From Bdellovibrionales bacterium (GTDB lineage: Bacteria > Bdellovibrionota > UBA1018): a stretch of DNA of 64,000 bases. The position numbers and the translations under genes were made by a program. Location: assembly GCA_018266355.1 (NCBI GenBank), contig JAFEAP010000029.1, forward strand, positions 795,137 to 859,136, given 5' to 3'. This document shows positions 18,856 to 27,218 of the stretch, in pieces. Each line of letters starts with the position of its first letter. Positions within the stretch are counted from its first letter, which is position 1. The notes beneath the pieces were generated by a model that saw only the letters and a program-made list of their open reading frames with translations, searched no databases and was not told where the DNA came from.

Positions 18856-19801
18856 TTTTCGCCCGGCGGGATTTGCCGCGTTTCGCGGCCGAAGCGCGCT
18901 TTCGCGCCGATTTTCGCCGAAGGATCTTCCTCGTTTCGCCGACCACGTGGCGCATGATGAGGGCCGCGATGTTCTGTTTCGTCGCCTTCTCGATGCCCTC
19001 GAATCCCGGCGAGGAATTCACCTCGAGGATCGTCGCGCCGCCCGGACCGTCCATCAGGTCGACGCCGGCGACGCCTAATCCGAACGCGGCCGCCGCGCGG
19101 ATCGCGGATCGGCGATACGACTTCGGAAGCGTGACCGGCGTGCCTTCGCCGCCGCGGTGGATGTTCGAACGGAACTCGCCGGTCGGCGCGGTCCGGAGCA
19201 TCGCGGCCGCGATCTTCCCGCCGACGACGAAGATCCGGTAGTCGCGTCCGGCGCTCTTCTTCAAGAACTCCTGGATGAGAACGTCTTCCTCGAGGGTGTT
19301 CAGCGTCTCGAGCACGCTCGCGAGCGAAACGGGCGAGTGGACGAGCATCACGCCGACGCCCTGGGTGCCCCGGAGGACCTTCAGGATTACCGGCATTTCC
19401 TTGACGGAAGCGAGGGCCGCGCGGAGATTTCGCGCACCGCGCGCGAGAACGGTCGCGGGCACGCGCACCCCCGACTGCGAAAGGACCTGGAGGCTCCGGA
19501 GCTTGTCGCGGCTCTCGCCGATCGCCTTCGATCCGTTCACGACATAAGTGTCCATCGACTCGAAATGCTTCACTACCGCGATCCCGTAGTCGGTTACCGA
19601 GGCGCCGATGCGCGGGAGTACGGCGTCGTAACGGGGAAGCTCGTGCCCGTGGTAGAAGATCGTTCGGCTTTTTCCTTCGACGACGAGTTGGCAATCGAGC
19701 GGATCGACGACGTCGCAAATCACCCCGAGACGCTTCGCCTCTTGAAGCAAGCGGCGAATGGAGTGAAGATTCTTATTCCGGGAGAGAATGGCGATTCGCA
19801 T
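18773..19801 (-). CDS. rimK: ATP-grasp ligase RimK (ribosomal protein S6 glutamate ligase family) with Arg/Lys-rich C-terminal tail
   Basis: Start taken at ATG 19801 (MRIAILSRNKNLHSIRRLLQEAK...). 'DYRIFVVGGKIAAAM', 'FRSNIHRGG' and 'AGVDLM...ILEVNSSPGFEGIE' are the RimK ATP-grasp pattern. The ORF-track N-terminal extension is rejected. Confidence 0.85.
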   Translation of the reverse strand: MRIAILSRNKNLHSIRRLLQEAKRLGVICDVVDPLDCQLVVEGKSRTIFYHGHELPRYDAVLPRIGASVTDYGIAVVKHFESMDTYVVNGSKAIGESRDKLRSLQVLSQSGVRVPATVLARGARNLRAALASVKEMPVILKVLRGTQGVGVMLVHSPVSLASVLETLNTLEEDVLIQEFLKKSAGRDYRIFVVGGKIAAAMLRTAPTGEFRSNIHRGGEGTPVTLPKSYRRSAIRAAAAFGLGVAGVDLMDGPGGATILEVNSSPGFEGIEKATKQNIAALIMRHVVGETRKILRRKSARKRASAAKRGKSRRAKITRSSRRGPSRVSSRNARRSRRGRRTR

Positions 19802-21053
19802 GACGGTGACCTCTATCATCTGGAAAAATTCCCAGAAAGCCAACCGCGTCTTGTTCGCGGGCGCGCTGGTCGTATTCGGATTCCTCGGTTGCGGGGGATG
19901 CTCGAGCACGTCGGATACCCAGGACCTGCCCTTCGAACGCGCGGCCCAAAAAATGACCTTCGAATCCCTTTGGGAGGAGGAGTTCCCGGGCCCGATCACC
20001 GATCTCGCGCTCGCGAAGAAGTCGGGCGACCTCGTCGTCGCGAGCATTCCCGACGTCGACGGCGGCGGGAAGCACCTGCTGACCCTCCTCTCGAAAGAGG
20101 GGAAGAAGGTGTTCCAGTTCCCGAGCCCGTTCCCGGTGAAGAGCCTCGACATCACCGACGACGGTTCCCGCATTTTCGTGGATAATTACGACGGAAAACT
20201 CCTCGCCTACGACCGCGCGGGCACCGTGCTTTGGACGGTCGAGGGCGGCTGCCGCCCGATCGTGCTGAATTCCTCGAAAAAGATCCTTTGCTACCACGAC
20301 GACGACACGAAACCGTCGTATGCTTACGACGCCTTCGATTTCAGCGGAAAGCGCGTCGGTCGGTTCCCGATCAAGGCCGATATCCTCGCGCTTAAGGTTT
20401 CGGACGACGAGAAGTGGTTCGCCGTCGGACTCGCGGGGGGGCGCCTGCTCGTCTTCGGAAATCCGCCGACCGGCGACTTCAAGGCCGAGAAGGACTGGCG
20501 CGTACCGGGCGAGATTCTCGACGTTTCGATCTCGGGCGGCGAGGAACCGACCTTGGCGGCGATCTCGATCGACCTGAAGAAGGGCCAGACGCTCTCGATC
20601 TTCGAGGCGCGGAAGCGCGCGGTCGCGTCGATGCGCCTCTCGTATCACGTCGAGCAGGTGGAAACGTTTCCGACGGGGAAACTCGTCGCCGTTTACGGGA
20701 ACAGCCCGCGGGGTCAGTACATCGCGGTCCATTCCGCGTACGACGGGACGTTGCAGTGGCAGAAACTCGAATCGCGTTACGCCGATTATTCGCTCGCGAT
20801 CCGGGTGGGCGAGGACAAGATCCTCGCCGGTTTCGAGCAGGTCGGTTCGGCGGGCAGCTCCTCGCCGGCGACGAAATCGCGCACGAGTAAACTCGTCGCG
20901 CTCGATCTCGACGGGAAACTCCGGGCGGACCTCCCGCTGAAAACGGCCGAAGGCGCCTACCTTTATTCGTTCGCGTACTCCCCGGACCGCTCTCTCCTCG
21001 GCGTCGGGACCGACGATAAACGCGTCCAGCTCTTCGAGCTCAAGGCGAACTAG
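19800..21053 (+). CDS. lipoprotein with beta-propeller-like repeats (hypothetical)
   Basis: ATG at 19788 or 19800. 'LFAGALVVFGFLGCGGC' gives a signal peptide with a lipobox. Repeated 'D..G...V....DG.L.A.D..G..LW' segments suggest a PQQ/WD-like propeller. The start is uncertain because it overlaps the rimK start. Confidence 0.7.
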   Translation: MTVTSIIWKNSQKANRVLFAGALVVFGFLGCGGCSSTSDTQDLPFERAAQKMTFESLWEEEFPGPITDLALAKKSGDLVVASIPDVDGGGKHLLTLLSKEGKKVFQFPSPFPVKSLDITDDGSRIFVDNYDGKLLAYDRAGTVLWTVEGGCRPIVLNSSKKILCYHDDDTKPSYAYDAFDFSGKRVGRFPIKADILALKVSDDEKWFAVGLAGGRLLVFGNPPTGDFKAEKDWRVPGEILDVSISGGEEPTLAAISIDLKKGQTLSIFEARKRAVASMRLSYHVEQVETFPTGKLVAVYGNSPRGQYIAVHSAYDGTLQWQKLESRYADYSLAIRVGEDKILAGFEQVGSAGSSSPATKSRTSKLVALDLDGKLRADLPLKTAEGAYLYSFAYSPDRSLLGVGTDDKRVQLFELKAN

Positions 21054-21123
21054 CCGCACAAGATGAAAACGCTCGGTTTTTCGAGCCAGAATGGCTCTTA
21101 AATCCGCTTCATCGCCGCGATTC

Positions 21124-21138
21124 GTGCCACTCTGGCAC
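21124..21138. promoter_or_regulatory. perfect palindrome GTGCCA-CTC-TGGCAC, candidate enhancer (bEBP) site
   Basis: 6+3+6 palindrome read directly from the sequence, about 90 bp upstream of the -24 element at 21224. Confidence 0.35.
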
Positions 21139-21223
21139 CACTTTCTTCCTCAAAAACTCCATTTTTCCCGGGTTTTTCACCCGAAACCCGCATGGATCGG
21201 GGACTCGCGGCTTTTTCTAAACC

Positions 21224-21239
21224 TGGCATCCCGGTTGCT
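21224..21239 (+). promoter_or_regulatory. sigma-54 (-24/-12) promoter upstream of the TonB-dependent receptor operon
   Basis: TGGCATCCCGGTTGCT versus consensus TGGCACG-N4-TTGCW. GG and GC are separated by exactly 10 nt. Lies 56 nt upstream of ATG 21295. Confidence 0.6.
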
Positions 21240-21294
21240 GTTACCGCTTCGGGGTTAGTGGGGTTCGTCTTGAACCTTTTCAACTGGGGGAAAA

Positions 21295-23835
21295 ATGATT
21301 CGCCATCGGAGCGCTACGCTCTCCATTCTTATTGCTCAAATGCTGGCTGCGCCGCTCGCGTTGCCTTCGTCGGCTTTCGCCGACGAAGCTCCGGCCCCCG
21401 AGGCGACTTCCGCGCCGGCGAGCGCCGAACGCGGTGAGCGGATCGAAGTCACCGGGTCCCGCATCAAGCGGATCGACACCGAGGGCGTCTCTCCGGTCAC
21501 GACGATCACCCGGAAAGACATCGAAAAATCCGGCTACAATTCCGTCTCCGACGTCCTCCGCGAGAGCACGTCGAACTCTTTCGGTTCCATGCGCGAAGCC
21601 TCCGGTTCGAACGCCGCCGGTAACGCCGAAGTGAACCTGCGCGGCCTCGGTTCCTCGAATACGCTCGTGCTCCTGAACGGCGAACGCCTCCCGGCCGACG
21701 CCGTTACCGGCGCGGTCGACTTGAACATGATCCCGCTCGCGGCGGTCGAACGCGTCGAGATCCTGAAGGACGGCGCTTCCGCGATCTACGGCTCGGACGC
21801 CCTCGGCGGCGTCGTGAACATCATCACGCGCAAGGATTTCTCCGGGAACGAGGCCTCGTTCAAAGGCAGCCTCGCCCAGCAGTACAAGGGCGGCTCTCGC
21901 GCGGACGTCGGCCTCGTGAACGGCGTGAACGGCGAGAAGCTGAACATGGTGAACGTCGTCCAGTTCCGGAACAACTGGGACGTGAAGTCGAAGGACCGCC
22001 CGTGGACGGATCATAACCTGAGCACGAGCGGGAATCCGGGCAGCTACCGTAACTCGGGCGACAAGTGGCACGCGGATCCGAACTGCCCGTCATCGATGAT
22101 CCTCCACACGCCTTCGGGCGATTACTGCCAATTCAACACCTCGGACTACTCGACCGAACTTCCGGAACTCCGCCAGTTCAGCGTGATGTCCGAATCGCAC
22201 TACGAAGCGAGCTCGAACCTGAAGCTGACGGCGCGGATCGGCGGCACGCACCGCCTCGTGAAGTGGTCCTACGCCCCGGCGCCGGGCACGTTCACGATTC
22301 CGGGCGCTTCGGCTCCCTCGCTTCCGGGCGCGACGCCCGGTACGGATCTCCAGGTGAAGTACCGCCTGACCGACCTCGGTACGCGGGACTCGGAAGTCAC
22401 GACTTACGGGGGGAACGTGCTCCTCGGCGCCGATCTCGACATCGGTCGCGGATGGAACCTCGGACTCACGACCGCGTACAACACGATCTATACGGATAAC
22501 CGCGGCGTGAACGGTTACGCGATCACCGACACGATCGTCTCCGACATCCAGAACGGGACCTACCGCCCGTTCGATACCGGAAACAAGGGCAGCCTCGAGA
22601 ACGCGCGTTACGTGCCGAGCGAAGTCACGAAGTCGCAGATCGCGACGACCGAGCTGAAGACGTCGGGTGAGCTCGTCCAGATGCCGGCCGGCGCTCTCGG
22701 GCTCGCGGCGGGTATCCAGATGGCCTACCAGGAATACCTCGACCGTTACGACGATCAGAGCGTCGACGGGAAGGTCTTCGGGAACGCCGGCAGCTCCGGC
22801 GGCGGTTCGCGCTCTTCGCAGGCGGTCTACTCCGAGCTCTCGATCCCGGCCTTCCGGGACTTCGAGCTCCAAGTCGCCGGCCGTTACGACCACTACTCGG
22901 ATTTCGGCAGCACGATCAATCCGAAGGTGGCGGCGCTCTACCACTTCACGAAAGACCTCCTCGTGCGCGGGTCGGTCGGCACCGGCTTCAAGGCTCCGCT
23001 CATGCAGGAACTCCACGCCGCGTCCTCCGACAGCTACGAGACTTTCATCGACGCCGTCGCGTGTAAGGCCGAACGGGCGGCGGGCGGCGATACGCCGTCC
23101 TGTCTTCCGGCCCAATACGAAGTCATCGGGAACGGGAATCCCGGCTTGAAGGAAGAGAAATCGATCTCGTTCAACCTCGGCTCCGTGTACCAAGCGACGC
23201 GAGACCTGAGCCTCGGCGTCGATTTCTACCTGACGAAGACGAAGAACGTCGTCGGGATCGATTACGACGAGATGACGGCCGCGGAAGCCGCCGGGATCGA
23301 CGTAAACCAGTACGGAATCAAGGTCCACCGCGATTCGAACGGCTATATCGAGAGCATCGAGGCGCCGCTCCAGAACCTCGCGTCCCAGGACGTCGCCGGG
23401 ATGGACATCTCCGTCGGCTACTCGCTCGGCAAGTTCAAGCTTTCGACCGATCAGTCCCAGCTCTTCTTCTTCAAGGAAGAGGGTTTCCCGGGCACCGGGA
23501 AAAAGGACAAGCTCGGCACGAACGGCATGCCGAAGTGGCGGAATTCGACCACCCTTTCGTACCTGCCGGCCGATCGCCACACGATCAACCTGACCGCCGG
23601 TACGATCGGCGGCCACGAGAAGTCGGTGCCGGAGGAGGGAAGCCTGAGCCACTACACCCAGCTCGACCTCCAGTACGTCTACTCGCTGAAAGACTCGGAG
23701 TTCGGATTCGGAATCGTGAACGTCCTCGGCACCACGCCGCCGCTCGACGACTCGAATCCGACGAAGCCGCTCGACGTGACCCTCTACGACCAGATCGGCC
23801 GCCAAGTCCTGGCGACCTATAAAGTGAAGTTTTGA
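21295..23835 (+). CDS. TonB-dependent outer-membrane receptor
   Basis: 846 aa. Signal peptide present. Plug domain 'IEVTGSRIKR...VTTITRKDIEKSG..SVSDVL', 'VERVEILKDGASAIYGSDALGGVVNIITR', C-terminal '...ATYKVKF' with terminal Phe. Confidence 0.9.
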   Translation: MIRHRSATLSILIAQMLAAPLALPSSAFADEAPAPEATSAPASAERGERIEVTGSRIKRIDTEGVSPVTTITRKDIEKSGYNSVSDVLRESTSNSFGSMREASGSNAAGNAEVNLRGLGSSNTLVLLNGERLPADAVTGAVDLNMIPLAAVERVEILKDGASAIYGSDALGGVVNIITRKDFSGNEASFKGSLAQQYKGGSRADVGLVNGVNGEKLNMVNVVQFRNNWDVKSKDRPWTDHNLSTSGNPGSYRNSGDKWHADPNCPSSMILHTPSGDYCQFNTSDYSTELPELRQFSVMSESHYEASSNLKLTARIGGTHRLVKWSYAPAPGTFTIPGASAPSLPGATPGTDLQVKYRLTDLGTRDSEVTTYGGNVLLGADLDIGRGWNLGLTTAYNTIYTDNRGVNGYAITDTIVSDIQNGTYRPFDTGNKGSLENARYVPSEVTKSQIATTELKTSGELVQMPAGALGLAAGIQMAYQEYLDRYDDQSVDGKVFGNAGSSGGGSRSSQAVYSELSIPAFRDFELQVAGRYDHYSDFGSTINPKVAALYHFTKDLLVRGSVGTGFKAPLMQELHAASSDSYETFIDAVACKAERAAGGDTPSCLPAQYEVIGNGNPGLKEEKSISFNLGSVYQATRDLSLGVDFYLTKTKNVVGIDYDEMTAAEAAGIDVNQYGIKVHRDSNGYIESIEAPLQNLASQDVAGMDISVGYSLGKFKLSTDQSQLFFFKEEGFPGTGKKDKLGTNGMPKWRNSTTLSYLPADRHTINLTAGTIGGHEKSVPEEGSLSHYTQLDLQYVYSLKDSEFGFGIVNVLGTTPPLDDSNPTKPLDVTLYDQIGRQVLATYKVKF

Positions 23836-23893
23836 TGACTGAAGGAGGCTCGCCCGGACGGGCGGTCTGTTCCGGAATTCGATCGGAGATGAA

Positions 23894-24532
23894 ATGGTAC
23901 TCGCTAAGTTGTCCCCTCGAAAAATTCCCGGCGCCGCGCTGATCGCGGCGGCGATCCACGCCGGACTCTATGGCGCGATCGTCCTCGTGCTCGGTGCCGG
24001 TTTCCTCCGGTCCGCGCCCGCACCGATGCTCGACGCCGAGGTCGGCTACGAGATCCTCGACGCGCCCCCGGCGCCGACGGAGAAGGTCGCGAAAGTCGTG
24101 CACCAACGCGAGCCGGAACCCGTCCAACCGAAGGTGAAGACGGACGCTGCGGCCCGGGAACTGCAAGACGAGAAGAGCGACGTCACCGGGACCTCGCAAG
24201 CGTCGGTCGTAAAGCCGGCACAGGTGGGTTCCGAGGGCCAAGGCGATGCCAATGCGACACCGTTCTACAAGATCAAGCCAAAATATCCCCGGGCGGCGCT
24301 GATCGCCGGGGATGAAGGATGGATCGAGTTGCGGATCGACGTGAACGAGAAAGGGGAAGTCGAAAACGTCCGAATTGTCGGCGGAGAGAAGCGGAACATG
24401 TTCCAAGACGAAGCCCGCCGGGCCGTCCAGCAGTGGAAGTACCGGCCGTTCCTCGACGCGAGCGGCGCTCCGATCCGCAAAGCCGATTATCCCGTCCGCA
24501 TCGACTTCCACCTGGCCGACGCGAACACCTAG
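23894..24532 (+). CDS. tonB: energy transducer TonB
   Basis: 212 aa. N-terminal TM, Pro/Glu/Lys-rich spacer, C-terminal 'KPKYPRAALIAGDEGWIELRIDVNEKGEVENVRIVGG...FQDEARRAVQQWKYRPF'. Confidence 0.85.
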   Translation: MVLAKLSPRKIPGAALIAAAIHAGLYGAIVLVLGAGFLRSAPAPMLDAEVGYEILDAPPAPTEKVAKVVHQREPEPVQPKVKTDAAARELQDEKSDVTGTSQASVVKPAQVGSEGQGDANATPFYKIKPKYPRAALIAGDEGWIELRIDVNEKGEVENVRIVGGEKRNMFQDEARRAVQQWKYRPFLDASGAPIRKADYPVRIDFHLADANT

Positions 24533-24640
24533 TCCGAGAGAAAAGAGTCCGAGTCCAAGATCAGCTCGTTTCGCTACGGTCGGGCAAAGCCCGCCCATCC
24601 GCGAACGAGCCTACTAACAACCCTGAGGAGGTCCCTAGTC

Positions 24641-25264
24641 ATGGAAATGCTGTTCAAAATCGCGGATGCGTCCGCTCACGGAATTCTCTACTTCATGGGG
24701 CTGCTCAGCCTCATCAGCGTCACGATCATGGTCGAGCGCTACCTGTTCCTGAAACAAATCGGCGCGAAGAGCACCGGCATGACGGACCAGTTCCGCAAAC
24801 TCATCGCCGGCTCGAACCTCGCCCAGGTCGAATCGCTCGCGAAGGACGAGAACTCGATCGAAGGCAAGGCGCTCGGTTTCGGCATGACCTACGTGAAGAA
24901 CCACGGCTCGGCCGGACTCGACGAGTTCTTCAACTCCTTCAAGTCGACCGAGAAACCCTCGCTCGAACGGAACCTGAACATCCTCGGCACGATCGCCTCG
25001 AACGCCCCGTACATCGGGCTGCTCGGAACGGTCATGGGGATCATGAAAGCGTTCAACGACCTCGCGGTCGCTCCGGGCCAAGGGAACGAAGTCGTCATGG
25101 CCGGCATCGGCCACGCGCTCGTCTCGACGGCGATCGGCCTCGCGGTCGCGATTCCCGCGGTCGTCGCGTTCAACCTCTTCCAGAAGAAGGTCGGGCTCGT
25201 GCTCGAGAACATCGACGCCGCCCGCGACCTTTGCTTGGCCTACACGAAGAGCCGGAAGGGGTGA
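24641..25264 (+). CDS. exbB: MotA/TolQ/ExbB proton-channel protein
   Basis: 207 aa. 'LGTIASNAPYIGLLGTVMGIMKAF' and 'ALVSTAIGLAVAIPAVVAFN' are the ExbB/TolQ signature helices. Confidence 0.9.
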   Translation: MEMLFKIADASAHGILYFMGLLSLISVTIMVERYLFLKQIGAKSTGMTDQFRKLIAGSNLAQVESLAKDENSIEGKALGFGMTYVKNHGSAGLDEFFNSFKSTEKPSLERNLNILGTIASNAPYIGLLGTVMGIMKAFNDLAVAPGQGNEVVMAGIGHALVSTAIGLAVAIPAVVAFNLFQKKVGLVLENIDAARDLCLAYTKSRKG

Positions 25265-25267
25265 TTT

Positions 25268-25681
25268 ATGGCCGGTAAAGCAGGAAACGGAAGCGGCAGC
25301 ATCGTCGAGATCAACGTCATCCCGCTCGTCGACATCATCCTCGTCGTCCTGATCATCTTCATGGTCGCGGCGCCGCTCGTGATGCAGCCGAAAATCGACA
25401 TCAGCCTCCCGAAGGCGACGACGGCGAAGGACGAGAAGGACAAGGTCCCGATGCGGGTCGTCCTCGGGAAGAAAGGCGAGTTGTTCCTGAATAACAAGCC
25501 GATTTCGATCGAGGGGCTTACGGAGGAATCGAAGAAATTCCACGACGCGAATCCCGAAACCGCGGCCCTCCTGATCGCGGACAAGGAGGTGACCCTCGCG
25601 ATGGTCACCGAACTCGTCGACGCGATCAAATCGGGCGGCGTGAAGAAGGTCGCCTTCAGCATCGAACGGAAGAAAGGTTAG
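25268..25681 (+). CDS. exbD: ExbD/TolR biopolymer transport protein
   Basis: 137 aa. 'EINVIPLVDIILVVLIIFMV' TM helix and ExbD periplasmic domain layout. Confidence 0.9.
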   Translation: MAGKAGNGSGSIVEINVIPLVDIILVVLIIFMVAAPLVMQPKIDISLPKATTAKDEKDKVPMRVVLGKKGELFLNNKPISIEGLTEESKKFHDANPETAALLIADKEVTLAMVTELVDAIKSGGVKKVAFSIERKKG

Positions 25682-25730
25682 CCAGCCGGTCCGGCCGCCG
25701 CGGCTCGCGGTCGAACCTCCTCTTGGACAG

Positions 25731-25768
25731 CGACGCCCGGCTTCACCGCCGGGCGTTTCTTTTTATGC
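25731..25768 (+). terminator. rho-independent terminator after exbD
   Basis: Stem ACGCCCGG / CCGGGCGT followed by TTCTTTTTAT. Confidence 0.65.
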
Positions 25769-25841
25769 GATTTGGGCCGCGCCAATTCCCTGACGCCCGA
25801 ATTTTCTCACGCCGTTTTTCGGGAGTTCCGAAACGGTAAGC

Positions 25842-27008
25842 ATGGGACTTCATAAGGTTCGCATCGCGATTTTCGTCGGCCTGATCGGCCTGAGCGTGGC
25901 GAACGCGTTCGCGGAGGACGAGCCGAAGGCGAAGAAGCTTCCGAAGGATTCCTGCGCCGGATTCTTCGACGATCTGAAAGACGACGTCGGCCTCGGCGGG
26001 AAAAAAGGAAAGAAGAACCTCGTCGTGAAGTACGTCGAGGACGCGCTCACGAAGATTTATCGCGTGACCGGCGTCGAGGGTCTCGGGCCCTTCGAAAAAA
26101 TCAAGAACGCCATCGCGGGGAAAGTCCGCCAACGGGCGTTCGCGATCGAGACGATCGGCAAGGCTCTCGAGGCGTACGACTCCGGGTTCGCGGTCCTCCG
26201 CAAAGAAGGCACCCTGCTCGAAAACGCGATCGGAGATTACGAACTCCAGGGCGAGATGCTCGATTTCCTACGGAAAGAATACGGGAAGGACCTGACTCCC
26301 GAAGTGGAAGCCTTTTTCGCCGGCGGCATGGATACCGCCGGGCGGATGTACGAGAAGAACGTCGACCGGTGGAAATGGGACGGTTCGAAAGACAACGCTT
26401 TCTGGCAGATTTTCCGGAAGGTCGAGAAGTCCGACCTCACGCGGAAAAAGGATCTGAAGGACACGCTGCTCGATTTCATGGCCGATTCGCTCGAGCGGAC
26501 CCATAAGAAACTGAAGTCTGGGAAATTTTCTCCCGAGGAAATCGAGGACGGGATCCACAAAACGCGTCGGATGTTGCGCGAAGTGCTGATCGTGATGGGC
26601 GACTTCGAGGGACTTTTCTTCCTCGACGAGCGCATGTCGGTCAAAGGCGTGCGGAGTCTCGGCGTGAAAACGAGCGAGAAGTACCTGCTGAACGAGAAGA
26701 ACCTCGAGAAATACGCGATCGGCGTTCCGAAGGACGCGTTCATGTACATGCTCGAACTCATCGAGCGGTTCGGGCAGCTGAAGGGTGCCGACGGGATGAG
26801 GGTGAACCTCTACGAGGCGCTCACGCAGACGTCGCATACGTTCACCGATCCGAAGACGTTCGAGCTGATCAAGGCGCTTGATCCGAACGGGGCGGCGAAG
26901 GCTTCGATCGACGCCACCAAGGGCGAGGCGGCCAAGGATTTCAAAGCGCTCGTCGACGACGAGTTCCTCCTTCACTTCGCTAAAGCCCTCCGCAAAGCGA
27001 AAGATTAA
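25842..27008 (+). CDS. exported hypothetical protein (Lys/Glu-rich, probably helical)
   Basis: 388 aa. Signal peptide IAIFVGLIGLSVANAFA. No family recognised. Confidence 0.7.
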   Translation: MGLHKVRIAIFVGLIGLSVANAFAEDEPKAKKLPKDSCAGFFDDLKDDVGLGGKKGKKNLVVKYVEDALTKIYRVTGVEGLGPFEKIKNAIAGKVRQRAFAIETIGKALEAYDSGFAVLRKEGTLLENAIGDYELQGEMLDFLRKEYGKDLTPEVEAFFAGGMDTAGRMYEKNVDRWKWDGSKDNAFWQIFRKVEKSDLTRKKDLKDTLLDFMADSLERTHKKLKSGKFSPEEIEDGIHKTRRMLREVLIVMGDFEGLFFLDERMSVKGVRSLGVKTSEKYLLNEKNLEKYAIGVPKDAFMYMLELIERFGQLKGADGMRVNLYEALTQTSHTFTDPKTFELIKALDPNGAAKASIDATKGEAAKDFKALVDDEFLLHFAKALRKAKD

Positions 27009-27152
27009 ATCCGACTAAATTAGTCAAAATAGCCGGAATTCGCCTGCTTTTCGCGAATCAATCTGGCCCCAGTGCTTTGCGCACCGCAATCTTCTCGCGG
27101 CGCGTTTCCCATTTTCTTACATGATTTCAGGGCGTTCGATTTCTCTCTCCGT

Positions 27153-27168
27153 TGGCATAACGCGTGCT
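27153..27168 (+). promoter_or_regulatory. sigma-54 (-24/-12) promoter upstream of the repeat-protein gene
   Basis: TGGCATAACGCGTGCT with GG-N10-GC spacing. Lies 51 nt upstream of ATG 27219. Confidence 0.55.
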
Positions 27169-27218
27169 GATTGGGCCGCGTCTGTATTTTTCCCAACGTC
27201 CCTTTGGAGGAATTTGAA

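Noticed and set aside
21054-21294. Checked the 241-bp leader of the TonB-dependent receptor for a cobalamin or other riboswitch
   Set aside because: I could find no B12-box-like sequence and no conserved riboswitch core. The region is better explained by the sigma-54 promoter and palindromes.
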